DNA of 63,562 nt, the filler included, from Candidatus Coatesbacteria bacterium (GTDB lineage Bacteria; JAFGND01): NCBI GenBank assembly GCA_016927185.1. It is 5 parts of 5 records of this genome, joined end to end, with 100 filler letters (N's around TTAATTAATTAA, not from the genome) between each part and the next. Parts side by side here need not be neighbours in the genome. Positions count along the whole stretch, not along the records: positions 14,946 to 28,583 come from JAFGND010000092.1; positions 28,684 to 40,069 come from JAFGND010000096.1; 3 more parts are not named here. One strand, written 5' to 3'. Below the pieces are notes generated by a model. That model saw only the letters and a list, made by a program, of their open reading frames with translations. It did no database searches and was not told where the DNA came from. Positions 18,872 to 29,198 of the stretch are shown here, in pieces (positions within the stretch are counted from its first letter, which is position 1; each line of letters opens with the position of its first letter). The translations under genes and the position numbers were made by a program.

Positions 18872-20143
18872 TTACCCTTTTTTATAGGCAAGATTTCCTG
18901 AAATATAGACTCTGCTAATCAATCTCTCCTGACCTGACATTATAATCAGAAAGAGCTTTTCATTTATATTTTCTTCAGTCTTGTATCTTTCAAGAAAATT
19001 ACTATCATTCTCTGGAGCAATCACAACGAAATCTGCATATTTCCCTTTTTCAAGAGTTCCAATTTGATCCTGTAATCCCAAGACTTCTGCCGCTCCTGAG
19101 GTTATTGATGCAAACAAATCAACAGGCATCATATTATATCCCTGGATCTTCTGTATATAATAAGCAAGCTCAGCATTATGAAGCAAGGAAAATGATGTAC
19201 CTGCTCCAATATCTGTTCCAATACCTGTCTTGATCTTCAAATCCCTTGCTTTCCTGTAATTAAATAATCCGCTGCCAAGAAATAAATTAGAAGACGGGCA
19301 ATGAGAAATAGATGAACCTTTTTCCCTTAGAATCTCCCATTCATAATCTGACAAATGTATGCAATGAGCAAATATGGATTTTTCCTTAACAAGATCATAT
19401 TTGAGATATACATCTAGATAATACCTGCTTTCAGGAAAAAGCTCCCTTACTTTTTTTATCTCCTCTTTAGATTCTGATAAATGGGTCTGGATAATGATAT
19501 CATTGTCATCCGTTGCTATTGCCTTGCATACATTAAGCATTTCTTCGGTGCAGGAAATGGCAAATCTTGGTGTTAATGCAACATCAATCCTCCCCTTCTT
19601 TCTCCATTTTCTTGAAAGTGTTTTGTGATCATCATAAGCTTTCTGTGCATCAACTTTCAGATTTCCATCTACTTCCCTGTCCATGAATACCATACCGGTA
19701 ATCAGGGGATATCCTTTTTCATAAGCTGTCTCAAGAAGTATTTCATCAGCTCTTTTGAATGAAGAGCCATAAGAAAGAGCTGTTGTTGTTCCATTTGAAA
19801 GCAGATTATCAAGAAAACTGCAAGCTATTGATTTGGAATAAGTTTCGTTTCTGAATTTACCCTCTTCCTTGTATGCCACGTCCATCAGCCATTCAAGTAG
19901 CGAACCTGACCAACTCCCTCTCATATTTGTCTGGGGATAATGCACATGTGTATCAATGAAACCTGGCATGATAAGGCAGGGACGAAGATCTGAGACTTCA
20001 TTTAGAAATTCATCTGAAAGCTTATTGAATTCAATTATCTCAGATATTTTTCCATCTTCATTGACAAGCATTGCAGCATCTTCTATGAAAAATAATTCTC
20101 TGTCTTTCATTGTAAGCAAATCAGCTCTGAATACTTTCATCAT
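18872..20143 (-). CDS. guaD: Guanine deaminase
   Basis: PGFIDTHVHYPQ, TPRFAISC, QTHLSES, AHCIHL, HCPSSNLFLGSG, GTDIGAG. Confidence 0.95.
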   Translation of the reverse strand: MMKVFRADLLTMKDRELFFIEDAAMLVNEDGKISEIIEFNKLSDEFLNEVSDLRPCLIMPGFIDTHVHYPQTNMRGSWSGSLLEWLMDVAYKEEGKFRNETYSKSIACSFLDNLLSNGTTTALSYGSSFKRADEILLETAYEKGYPLITGMVFMDREVDGNLKVDAQKAYDDHKTLSRKWRKKGRIDVALTPRFAISCTEEMLNVCKAIATDDNDIIIQTHLSESKEEIKKVRELFPESRYYLDVYLKYDLVKEKSIFAHCIHLSDYEWEILREKGSSISHCPSSNLFLGSGLFNYRKARDLKIKTGIGTDIGAGTSFSLLHNAELAYYIQKIQGYNMMPVDLFASITSGAAEVLGLQDQIGTLEKGKYADFVVIAPENDSNFLERYKTEENINEKLFLIIMSGQERLISRVYISGNLAYKKG

Positions 20144-20629
20144 TCAATCTCTTGTCTCATTGGATAGTATATATTTTATGTAGTCTTCAGGAAATTTATA
20201 TTTCCTTGCATTGGACAAAATCAACTGCCTGTAATACCTGGATGGAGCTATATAAGAAGCAGATTTAAGTTCATCCCTCAAGGAATACGTTATCACGTCT
20301 TTTATAATACTCCCTTCAGATTCTATGCCAACCTTTAATTCACTGTACAAGTCAGGATAACCCTCTTTTCTTCTCAACGTAATCAATTGGTTTGCAGAGA
20401 GTTCCATAATTAGACCATAAACAGAATATCCTTTCTCTTTCACAACATCTGCTATTCCACAAACGCGATATTCATCGAAAAAATTGAAAACAAGTCTGTA
20501 ATCCAGGAGAAATGCTTTTCTTACATTTGCAGGATAAAATGGAGGTTCTTTATGATATTCACACCATAATCTCAAATCAGTGAAATCAAGGTTTGATCCA
20601 TATGCAAAATAGAAAAAGTTGTCAGACAT
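20144..20629 (-). CDS. Gamma-glutamylcyclotransferase family protein
   Basis: YFAYGSNL, VYG, KEGYP.Y, PS.YY. Confidence 0.85.
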   Translation of the reverse strand: MSDNFFYFAYGSNLDFTDLRLWCEYHKEPPFYPANVRKAFLLDYRLVFNFFDEYRVCGIADVVKEKGYSVYGLIMELSANQLITLRRKEGYPDLYSELKVGIESEGSIIKDVITYSLRDELKSASYIAPSRYYRQLILSNARKYKFPEDYIKYILSNETRD

Positions 20630-20634
20630 GAGAG

Positions 20635-21372
20635 CTATTTTTTCTCGTCTTTTAGATCTTCATCCTTTATTTCTATTTTGTCAAAATCTATTTTTGAAGC
20701 TTCCTCAAGTTCTTTCAATCGCTCGAGATTCTTGCTATTTCCCGTATCCATGTGCTTCTCTATATACTGTCGCAATTTCTTTTCTTCTTCTATATTCTTG
20801 TCTGATTTATGAAGATCTGCAAGATAATAGACTGCCTGAAGCGATTTTGCTTGAAGTGGTTCTTTTTGCTGATTTATGAACTCATTGTAAAATGAAGCTG
20901 TCTTGTAAAAAGTATATATCTTGTCATAAGCTGTAATTGCTTCATCCTTCTCTTTTGATTTGTATTCCTTGATATCCTTCTGCGGATGCTTTGAGGAAAG
21001 ATCCTCTGCTTCATTAAGTATATCTTTGATGAAAGTTTGTGTTTCCTTCTTGTTATCAGGTAAGCTGTATTTATATAATCCTCCAGGTGTTTTATGATCT
21101 ATTTCTATTCTCTTGTAAGCCTGCTGAAAAAAACTCAGAGCTTTCTGCAAATTAGCCTGCTTCTCCCTCTTGTCATTAGTTCTTTTTGATTCAAGATATG
21201 CCTTGTAACCTTCTTTCATTTCATTTCTCATATGATTTACTTCATTCTTGAGACCATCCGGTACTGATGCAGCTGGATCAGTTTTTCTTGACCACAATAT
21301 ATATATTACTATTATCAAGATAAAAAGGGCAATTCCTCCTATCACTGAATATTTGGTTGCCTTGGAAGCCAT
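20635..21372 (-). CDS. Hypothetical membrane-anchored helical protein
   Basis: 245-aa ORF, single N-terminal TM segment, RBS AGGAG. Confidence 0.7.
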   Translation of the reverse strand: MASKATKYSVIGGIALFILIIVIYILWSRKTDPAASVPDGLKNEVNHMRNEMKEGYKAYLESKRTNDKREKQANLQKALSFFQQAYKRIEIDHKTPGGLYKYSLPDNKKETQTFIKDILNEAEDLSSKHPQKDIKEYKSKEKDEAITAYDKIYTFYKTASFYNEFINQQKEPLQAKSLQAVYYLADLHKSDKNIEEEKKLRQYIEKHMDTGNSKNLERLKELEEASKIDFDKIEIKDEDLKDEKK

Positions 21373-21642
21373 ATATACTCCTTTTTTTTGAATTCAAGTA
21401 TCAGAAATTAAACGCATTTGTCAATCTTTTTCAAGATGGTATCAGTTTCATTGTTTTATGTCTCCATCTTGAAAATGTTGAACAGGAATTTGCAAATCAT
21501 TATTCAAGTCAGTTTCTTCCTTTTCATGTGCCATCTTTTTAAATGGTTTCTTATTCATAATAAAAAAAGCGTTATTGAATTAACTAGTTTTTCTTGACAG
21601 AAAAAGTGAATCTATAATGGCTTTTACAAAAGAGGTAAAATA

Positions 21643-23403
21643 ATGCAATTTGCACTTCAAACTTGTCCTTTTAATGGACTTTTTATTGAAGAAGAACTTA
21701 CAATAACAAGAAGAGAAGGTATAGAAAATTTTGTCATTCAGTTCTCAAATTTCACGCCAAGGGATCTTGATAATGTTACAATAAATAGAATACATCTGCT
21801 TTCAGAAGAAGCCAATCTCAAATTGTTTCTTCACATTCCAACTATTGATGCAGAAGCTGAGGTGGTTTGGGATGGGATCCTTGATATCTCAGGAATCCTT
21901 GAACCGGAAATCATAATACTTGATTATCATCCTGAGATAATTAAGATAATAACCAGGAAGGAATGCCCTTTCAAGATAGCACTTGTCAACACTTGTGATG
22001 CTAATATTATCTCCCCTCAATACATGAATGCAATAACAACTTTGTCAAAGCACTGCATAGCTGGAATTGCATTTTACCCAGCAACAGAGGCAATGATTTT
22101 TTCCGAAAAGGAAATAGTAAGTCTTTTAAAAAGGTTTCTGGAAAATGATTTTAAATTGATGGGATGCTTCTGCCACGATTGGCATCCACAAAAGCAGGAT
22201 CTGAGATTACTGCCTTTTGGTGATGGTATACTACCTCTAACAGAGCTTGTAATTTTCCTGAGGCAGTTACCATTTAACGGTCCACTGATATTTGATCACT
22301 GGGAAGGAAGAAAAAAGAGTATAAGCAGGTTGAAAAACCTTCTTTCTGCCCCACTAGATATATTGAATTATGTATGTTCCGAAAAGGGAAAAAAGAAGGA
22401 TTTCTATCCTGCAAGAATTGACAGAAGCAGGATATATTTGAACCAAATTGGAATAGAGTATGTTGGCAAAAATCTCTCTGTTCCGGTAACACTTAGATCA
22501 GCAATAAATACTAATCCTTGCTTTGACTGGGATTATATACAGGATGATTACATAATCAAAGATGGAGAAAATCTGAATATCCCTGAACCAGACATTGCAC
22601 AAAACTTAATGTTTGCATTTCATGATTGCAAGGGTGACTGGGATAATAATCATGGAAAGAATTATTATTTAAGTCTTGAATTTCTGAAAATCCCTTATGT
22701 TGTTGATAGCCATATACATGCCCTCACCCAGGATGATGTGTATGAAATTGAGAAATTATGCGAAAGAAATGGAATTGATCTTGTTCTTGTAAGCGTACTG
22801 GATCCAGAAAATCTTGTACTGGCTGACAAGATAAAATTCATATGGCAGATATTGAAACCTGAGAAATACTCACTAGATAAATTGACTGAATTCATTGAAA
22901 ACAAGAAAGTTATAGGAATATCGTTGAATCCAACAGAACAGAAAGTACCTATCCAGGCTGAAATATGGTATCCATTATGGGATTATCTTCAAAAGAACTC
23001 TATACCGGTTCAGATTGCAATGATAAGTAGCGAGTTTACCAACCCTGAATCCATTTCATGCATTAATGAAAAATTCCCCAGGTTGAATATGATTTTAACT
23101 CATGTTGGAAGTTATGAGGAAATCCCTGGTTATAACAACAGAATACTGGATTTAACATATGCTTATTCCAATGTTTACATTGACACTGCTGAGGCTGATG
23201 TAAACTGGATGAGAAGACTGCTTGATAAATATGGACATAGAAGAATTGTCTTCGGCAGCAATATTCCTTATGTTAATCCTGATGATGGGGACAGGGGCTA
23301 CAGAGAACTTAAAATAAAAATTCAGCATCTGGATTTACCACTGGAATTCTTAAGCTGCATTTCTTATGAGAATACCAATCGTTTGTACAACCTTAACTTA
23401 TGA
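21643..23403 (+). CDS. Fusion of degenerate xylose-isomerase-like TIM barrel and amidohydrolase_2 domain
   Basis: N-terminal CHD...LPFGDG.LP...F.GPLIF; C-terminal DSHIH, LTHVG, NVYIDTA, IVFGSNIPY, ENT.RLY. Confidence 0.7.
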   Translation: MQFALQTCPFNGLFIEEELTITRREGIENFVIQFSNFTPRDLDNVTINRIHLLSEEANLKLFLHIPTIDAEAEVVWDGILDISGILEPEIIILDYHPEIIKIITRKECPFKIALVNTCDANIISPQYMNAITTLSKHCIAGIAFYPATEAMIFSEKEIVSLLKRFLENDFKLMGCFCHDWHPQKQDLRLLPFGDGILPLTELVIFLRQLPFNGPLIFDHWEGRKKSISRLKNLLSAPLDILNYVCSEKGKKKDFYPARIDRSRIYLNQIGIEYVGKNLSVPVTLRSAINTNPCFDWDYIQDDYIIKDGENLNIPEPDIAQNLMFAFHDCKGDWDNNHGKNYYLSLEFLKIPYVVDSHIHALTQDDVYEIEKLCERNGIDLVLVSVLDPENLVLADKIKFIWQILKPEKYSLDKLTEFIENKKVIGISLNPTEQKVPIQAEIWYPLWDYLQKNSIPVQIAMISSEFTNPESISCINEKFPRLNMILTHVGSYEEIPGYNNRILDLTYAYSNVYIDTAEADVNWMRRLLDKYGHRRIVFGSNIPYVNPDDGDRGYRELKIKIQHLDLPLEFLSCISYENTNRLYNLNL

Positions 23404-23411
23404 GGGTTAAT

Positions 23412-24575
23412 ATGAGTCTTACCAAAGAAGAAATCTCTGAACTTATAGATCTCAGAAGACATTTTCACAGATATCCTGAAATAGCCTTCAAGGAAGAAAA
23501 AACAGCTAATTTCATAGCAGACAGACTTGGAAGATATGGCTATAAGATAACAAGAGGAATAGCTAAAACAGGTGTTTTGGCAGAACTAAAGGGTAATTTT
23601 CCTGGAGACTGGATAATGCTTCGTGCAGATATGGACGCTCTCCCAGTACAGGAGGAAACAAAACTACCGTTTGAATCAGCTCATCCCGGGATTATGCATG
23701 CTTGTGGTCATGATGCTCATATAGCAATTCTTTTGACTGTTGCCAAGAACCTTGTTCAATATAAGGAAAGAATCAAAGGAGGCATCAAGATACTATTTCA
23801 ACCTGCAGAAGAATGCGGAAGTGGAGCTGTGGAATGCCTTAAACATCCGGGACTACTGGATAATCCCAAAATCAAGGCTGCACTTGGCTTGCATGTCTGG
23901 CAGGATTTACCAACAGGATATGTTGGTATTACCCCTGGACCTGTAATGGCTGGAGTCATGCAGTACAAGATTACTATAAATGGAAAGGGAGGACATGGTG
24001 CAATCCCTGAGGAGACAGTTGATCCTGTTGTTGCAGCTGCGCATCTTATAACACTAGTGCAGACAATAGTAAGCAGGAATGTATCTCCATTGGACACTGG
24101 TGTAGTAACAGTCGGTCTGTTAAATGGAGGAACAGCATTCAACATAATACCTGAAAAAGTTATTCTGGAGGGGACAGCAAGATATTTCAGGCAGTCAGTC
24201 GGAGACCTTATTTACAGGAGAATAGATGAGATCCTTAAAGGGCTGGACCTTACCTTTGGAACCAATTGTAGTATTAGTTATGACCAGCTTACTCCTCCTC
24301 TTGTAAATGATACATATATAAGTGAGCAAGTGCTTTCTGTTGCCAGAAAATTGTTCCCGAAAGAGAAGATAAGAACTGATATAATGACAATGGGGGGAGA
24401 AGACATGTCATATATTGCAAACAAGGTTCCATGTTGCTTTTTCCTTATTGGTTCCGGAAATCCTGAAAAGGATGCTATTTATCCTCATCATAGTAAATTC
24501 TTCAAAATAGATGAGGATTCATTACAATACGGATATGATTTATTATTTGAAGCTGCGTTAAACTTAACAACATAG
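23412..24575 (+). CDS. M20D family amidohydrolase
   Basis: RRHFHRYPE, RADMDALP, MHACGHDAH, FQPAEE, GGEDM, HHSKF. Confidence 0.93.
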   Translation: MSLTKEEISELIDLRRHFHRYPEIAFKEEKTANFIADRLGRYGYKITRGIAKTGVLAELKGNFPGDWIMLRADMDALPVQEETKLPFESAHPGIMHACGHDAHIAILLTVAKNLVQYKERIKGGIKILFQPAEECGSGAVECLKHPGLLDNPKIKAALGLHVWQDLPTGYVGITPGPVMAGVMQYKITINGKGGHGAIPEETVDPVVAAAHLITLVQTIVSRNVSPLDTGVVTVGLLNGGTAFNIIPEKVILEGTARYFRQSVGDLIYRRIDEILKGLDLTFGTNCSISYDQLTPPLVNDTYISEQVLSVARKLFPKEKIRTDIMTMGGEDMSYIANKVPCCFFLIGSGNPEKDAIYPHHSKFFKIDEDSLQYGYDLLFEAALNLTT

Positions 24576-24584
24576 GAAGTGTAT

Positions 24585-25517
24585 ATGAAGAGAAAGATCT
24601 TTTTGATTTTTGCAGTAGCTCTTTTCCTTGTTATTTCAGGTTGCCAGAAATCTGGGAATGAAAAAGCATGGGTAAGTGATGTTCTGAAAGAAATGCCTGC
24701 TGAATGCAATTCTATAGCTTATATTCATACAAATCAGATAAATGAAAAACCGCTCATCAAGGAAATAATAAAGAAATTTGATGCAAAAAGCACAATTATG
24801 ACTAATCTGACTTTCGGCACAGGGAAAATAATAATTCCTGATTTGCTAATAGCTTTTCTTGAAAAGCAAAGCGGGAAAAATAATTTCATAATTTTATTCA
24901 AACTTACAAAATATCAGCAGAAACAGATTGAGGAATACAGGAATCTCCTGTTCAAGGAGGCTGTCAAGATAGAAGGGAAGGATTTTCTTGAGTTGAGAAA
25001 ACAGTTTGATAAAGAACCAGCTTATCTTGGTAGAATAAAACCGGAACTTGGAATACTCGCAACAAGAGAGAATATATCAAAAGTACTCAAGGGTGAACAT
25101 CTATCATCAATTGATATAAAGGTTTTCAAGGAACAGATGAATGCAATAAATACAAGCAAGCCTTTTATCTGGGCAGTTGGAAAGGCAGGTCCTCAGATAG
25201 ATGCAAAAGGTCCTGTAAATCAGCTTAATTCTTTAAGTGCTAAAGTACAAAAATTTTCTTTTGAACTGAATGCCAATAATAATCTTGCAATAAATGCTTT
25301 CCTCTCTTATGAAAATGAAAACAAGGCAAGCGACATTGAAAATGGATTCAAGGGTATTTTAAGTCTTGCAGGAGCATTCCTGGCAGCTAGCTCCCCTGCA
25401 ATAAAAAACATGTTGAGAAATATAAACATAGGCAGGAAAGGCAATGTAGTTAACATCAAGACTGACTGGGATAAAAAGGATATTCTCGAATTGATGCAGA
25501 AACCTCTTAAATTCTGA
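24585..25517 (+). CDS. Hypothetical lipoprotein
   Basis: Lipobox ISGC after hydrophobic stretch. Confidence 0.7.
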   Translation: MKRKIFLIFAVALFLVISGCQKSGNEKAWVSDVLKEMPAECNSIAYIHTNQINEKPLIKEIIKKFDAKSTIMTNLTFGTGKIIIPDLLIAFLEKQSGKNNFIILFKLTKYQQKQIEEYRNLLFKEAVKIEGKDFLELRKQFDKEPAYLGRIKPELGILATRENISKVLKGEHLSSIDIKVFKEQMNAINTSKPFIWAVGKAGPQIDAKGPVNQLNSLSAKVQKFSFELNANNNLAINAFLSYENENKASDIENGFKGILSLAGAFLAASSPAIKNMLRNINIGRKGNVVNIKTDWDKKDILELMQKPLKF

Positions 25518-25522
25518 AAATA

Positions 25523-27184
25523 TTGGATGATCATTTTGTATATTTTTTCCTAAAAGAACTCAGGCAAATACTTCAGAAAAAAAGTTTGTCAGCCATTTGT
25601 AAGGATGATGAAAAAAACGTACTGATAAGCTTTCATGATGAAGGGCATCTGGTGTTTTTCTCCAGATGCCAGGACATGAATTTACTTTGGACTTTGAATA
25701 ATAATGTAGTTGGAGAATCGGCTTGCATTATGAGTTTCAAACCTCCCCTTACAGAACTGACAATATCTTCAATCCCTGGTGACAGGTGTTTTTCAATAAA
25801 AGGTAAACTTATTCATCCTTTCAAGAAAGCAATAGAGATATCCTTGTTTTTCGAGATATTCGGAAGATTCAATAATCTAATACTCACAAGAGATAACAGG
25901 ATAATCTGGTTTCTTAATGAAAACAGGCAGAAGAACAGAAAAACATTAATTGGAGAAATATATGAACCTCCTCTCCATACAAGAAAACCTGTTATAACAA
26001 GATGGAAGGAATTGTCTGAAGAGTTTATGGAGAACGAGGGAGAGAGAAAAGTCCTGTTAAGAAGCTTCTTGAAAAAAAATTTTTCCCTGATGTCAAGCAA
26101 TACTATTGAAGAAATCTTTTCCTTGTGCAGAATGCCAATAAACATAAGTATGAGTGAAGTGGATACTGATATTATTAGCGAAGTTGCAGATAAATGGAAG
26201 AAAATACGATATAATCCAGGATATATTACAAGAAATGGCAGAAAAGAACTGATTTCGTTCAAGCCTTGCTCCGAGTCTCTAAAAGCATATGAATATACAA
26301 AAACTGATACTCTCTATGAAGCAATAAAGACAATACTTGAGGACTCTTGTTCAGGAAACCTTCTTCATAAATACAGGCAAAAAATTCTCAGTCAATATAC
26401 TAACAAGCTTGAAAATCTTGAAGCAAGCTTGAAGAAACTAAGAGATATTCTTGAGAAATGCTCAAATCCTGAACAGCTGAAGACAACGGGACAATATCTT
26501 CTGCAGTTTGGTGATCAGATAAAAAAGACAGACAAAGGCTACCTGATACCTGTTGAACCTGCTATTGAAGTTCCTGCGAAACCAAACCAGACTCAAGTTC
26601 AGCTCTCCCAGGAGTATTTCAGGGAATACAAGAAAGCAAAAAGAGCAATAGAACCATTGAACAAGCAGATAAAAAGTCAGGAGGAAAAAATTGCTGAGAT
26701 CAGGAAGGAAATAGCCTTCTGGGAAAACTGCAATGATATCAATCAATTCATTATGAAGATGAGAATTAACAGCAAAAAACTCAAGGATAAAGTCCTTCCT
26801 TTCAGGAAATTCCGCTCTCCTTCAGGTTATCCCATACTTGTAGGAAGGGATGACAAAGAGAATTCCCAGCTTAGTTTGAAGTATGCAGCTCCATCGGATA
26901 TATGGTTTCATACAAAAGCAATACCTGGTTCTCATGTCATCATAATCCTGCCAAACAAATCAGCTAAAATAACAGAATACGACTTGCTTGTTGCATCAAG
27001 AATCGCTATAACTTTTTCGAAAGTGAAGAATTCACTTCATGTTCCTGTTGATTATACCCTGGTGAAATATTTAAGAGCTGTAAAAGGGATTCCTGGCAAG
27101 GTCACTTATTCTCGTGAGAAAACAATAATAACAGACCCATTTTCAAAGGAAGAGCTTCAGGAGTATATCTGGCAGGAAAATTAG
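25523..27184 (+). CDS. rqcH: NFACT/RqcH (FbpA-like) ribosome quality control protein
   Basis: EIFGRFNNLIL, YEPP, YFREYKKAK, VGRD..EN..L, DIWFH...PGSHV, VDYT. Confidence 0.85.
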   Translation: MDDHFVYFFLKELRQILQKKSLSAICKDDEKNVLISFHDEGHLVFFSRCQDMNLLWTLNNNVVGESACIMSFKPPLTELTISSIPGDRCFSIKGKLIHPFKKAIEISLFFEIFGRFNNLILTRDNRIIWFLNENRQKNRKTLIGEIYEPPLHTRKPVITRWKELSEEFMENEGERKVLLRSFLKKNFSLMSSNTIEEIFSLCRMPINISMSEVDTDIISEVADKWKKIRYNPGYITRNGRKELISFKPCSESLKAYEYTKTDTLYEAIKTILEDSCSGNLLHKYRQKILSQYTNKLENLEASLKKLRDILEKCSNPEQLKTTGQYLLQFGDQIKKTDKGYLIPVEPAIEVPAKPNQTQVQLSQEYFREYKKAKRAIEPLNKQIKSQEEKIAEIRKEIAFWENCNDINQFIMKMRINSKKLKDKVLPFRKFRSPSGYPILVGRDDKENSQLSLKYAAPSDIWFHTKAIPGSHVIIILPNKSAKITEYDLLVASRIAITFSKVKNSLHVPVDYTLVKYLRAVKGIPGKVTYSREKTIITDPFSKEELQEYIWQEN

Positions 27185-27185
27185 A

Positions 27186-28526
27186 CTACCTGGATTTCCA
27201 GATTAAATCCCATCTATTTTTCCAGATTATTTCAGCCTTGCAGCATGATGAGAAAGACTTCTTGTATTTGATATAAATGTCTCCAACACATAATATTTCT
27301 CCATTATCATCAACTATAATTGGAATATACTCCCTGAACCAGAAAGGGACATTATTCTCCTGAAAAACCTTCTTCAGGAAATGACCCTTGTTTTCAAGAA
27401 AATTTTTGTTTGTCACTTTCAGATTTCTCCCTGGAAGAAAAATCCTCTGATTTCTTATCCTGTCATTTATTACAATATCACATATAGGGAGAGAGCTTGT
27501 TTCCTCGCAAGATATTTTCTGTTCATTAAATTTCAGTTCATCCATCATTGATTGTGAAAAAAGAACTGCTATTTTCCTTCCGCAGAACATCTTGAAATCA
27601 TTTCTTGGAAAAATGAATTTCTGTGCTGTCTTTCCATTCCTCACGAAATCATCCAGTTTCAGGATGAAATCATAATCACCAATATAAAAGCCATTTGTCA
27701 ATCTGAATATCCAGTCTTGCAAAAATCTCTTTGCAAGTGAGACATTGATCTTCCTGTATTCCTCTCTCCGCAAGATATTTTCCCTGTTTGTATACGGAGT
27801 TACTGTCCTCTTTATCCTCTCTATCAAGCTATACCAGAAATCCTCTTCCTGTTGTGCGATTACAAGAAACCTCTTCATGGTTGCTTCTATAGAAGGATTA
27901 AGCCTTTCCTTTATAAGAGGAATCAGCTCATGCCTTATTCTGTTTCTTGTATACGTCATGCTTTCATTGCTGGGATCATTTATATAATCAATATTGTTAC
28001 TTTCAAGATATTCCTCAATTTCATGCCTTGATACTTCCAGAAGAGGTCTTATAAGATAGATATCTGAATCCAGCAAAAGCCTTTTTGAACGCAATGGTGC
28101 AAGACCGTGAATACCACATCCCCTGAACAGATTATGAAGAAGTGTCTCAATTGCATCATTCAGGTTGTGAGCGGTCAATATATATTTGGAACCTGACTCT
28201 TCTGCATGTTTAATCAATTGATTGTATCTTATAAGCCTTGCTTTTGCTTCAATTCCTGATGGAGTATCATCTGTAAGATTTTCCTCTTTGATTGTTTTCA
28301 AAGGTAATCCCCACTTTTCTGCTTTTTCCTTAGTGAATTCAACGGATTTTCTTGACCATTCCTCATCTATATTATGATTCAGGTGGAAAAGAAATATTTC
28401 TAATGATGTTTTTCGAAGCATTTCAACAAGAAAACAGGAATCTGCTCCTCCAGAGAAACCTACAACAACCTTCTCTCTTTCAGGAATCAAGGAATAAATA
28501 TGATTTGTAAGTTTTTCCATTTCCAT
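27186..28526 (-). CDS. tilS: tRNA(Ile)-lysidine synthetase
   Basis: FSGGADS, HLNH, ARLIRY, TAHNLND, IRPLL, DPSN...YTRNRIRH; alternative start at 28520. Confidence 0.93.
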   Translation of the reverse strand: MEMEKLTNHIYSLIPEREKVVVGFSGGADSCFLVEMLRKTSLEIFLFHLNHNIDEEWSRKSVEFTKEKAEKWGLPLKTIKEENLTDDTPSGIEAKARLIRYNQLIKHAEESGSKYILTAHNLNDAIETLLHNLFRGCGIHGLAPLRSKRLLLDSDIYLIRPLLEVSRHEIEEYLESNNIDYINDPSNESMTYTRNRIRHELIPLIKERLNPSIEATMKRFLVIAQQEEDFWYSLIERIKRTVTPYTNRENILRREEYRKINVSLAKRFLQDWIFRLTNGFYIGDYDFILKLDDFVRNGKTAQKFIFPRNDFKMFCGRKIAVLFSQSMMDELKFNEQKISCEETSSLPICDIVINDRIRNQRIFLPGRNLKVTNKNFLENKGHFLKKVFQENNVPFWFREYIPIIVDDNGEILCVGDIYIKYKKSFSSCCKAEIIWKNRWDLIWKSR

Positions 28527-28583
28527 AGCGGATCAGGGATTTGAACCCCGGACACGTGGATTATGATTCCACTGCTCTAACCA
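28526..28583 (-). tRNA. tRNA with CAT anticodon, elongator Met type (5' end lost in gap; CCA not encoded)
   Basis: Minus strand TGGTTAGAGCA GTGGA-ATCATAA-TCCAC GTGTC CGGGG-TTCAAAT-CCCTG ATCCGCT A. Confidence 0.92.
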
Positions 28584-28683
28584 NNNNNNNNNNNNNNNNN
28601 NNNNNNNNNNNNNNNNNNNNNNNNNNNTTAATTAATTAANNNNNNNNNNNNNNNNNNNNNNNNNNNNNNNNNNNNNNNNNNNN
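28584..28683. other. Artificial contig spacer
   Basis: N44-TTAATTAATTAA-N44. Confidence 0.98.
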
Positions 28684-29187
28684 ATAAACTGTTCAGATGG
28701 AACTCTTAAATGGAGATATGAGACAGGTGGTTTGGTTAGATCCTCACCTTGTGTTTCTGATGGAGTCGTTTATGTTGGAAGTTTGCTTTATTGTCTTTAT
28801 GCAATAAACTGCACAGATGGAACTCTTAAATGGAGATATCAGACAGGAGAATATGTTGATTCTTCTCCTTGCGTTTCAAATGGAGTCGTTTTCGTTGGGA
28901 GTAATGATTATCATCTTTATGCGATAGAAACCTATGGATATAAAGGTTTCAAGAATAACAAATCAGCTTCTTATATTCCAGCCAAATCTTTCTCAGTCTC
29001 TCCCAATCCATTTGCTTCCTCTTTGTCAATTTCCTCTACTTCCTCTGCTTCTATCTATTCCCTTACTGGTCAGCTTATAATGAATCTTTCTAAAGGTAAG
29101 CATTCTATTGATACTAGCAAATGGAAAGAGGGAGTTTATATAGTGAAGAGCGGGAAGGAAATAAAGAGGATGGTGAAGGTGAGGTAA
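28684..29187 (+). CDS. PQQ-type beta-propeller with T9SS-like CTD (5' truncated by gap)
   Basis: Frame open from 28684 (INCSDGTLKWRYETGGLVRSSP...); near-identical ~120-bp blade repeats; SPNPF...WKEGVYIVK. Confidence 0.88.
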   Translation: MNCSDGTLKWRYETGGLVRSSPCVSDGVVYVGSLLYCLYAINCTDGTLKWRYQTGEYVDSSPCVSNGVVFVGSNDYHLYAIETYGYKGFKNNKSASYIPAKSFSVSPNPFASSLSISSTSSASIYSLTGQLIMNLSKGKHSIDTSKWKEGVYIVKSGKEIKRMVKVR

Positions 29188-29198
29188 AGGAGCATAGA

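Noticed and set aside
21594-21618. TTGACA...TATAAT perfect promoter boxes
   Set aside because: Spacer is only 13 nt, so they cannot be called as one sigma70 promoter.
29121-29198. Recurring MERG(S/C)LY ORF starts (14704, 29121, 30572) as a conserved peptide
   Set aside because: Alternative-frame reading of the conserved KWREGVY cassette DNA; real downstream starts with signal peptides are at 29199 and 30656.
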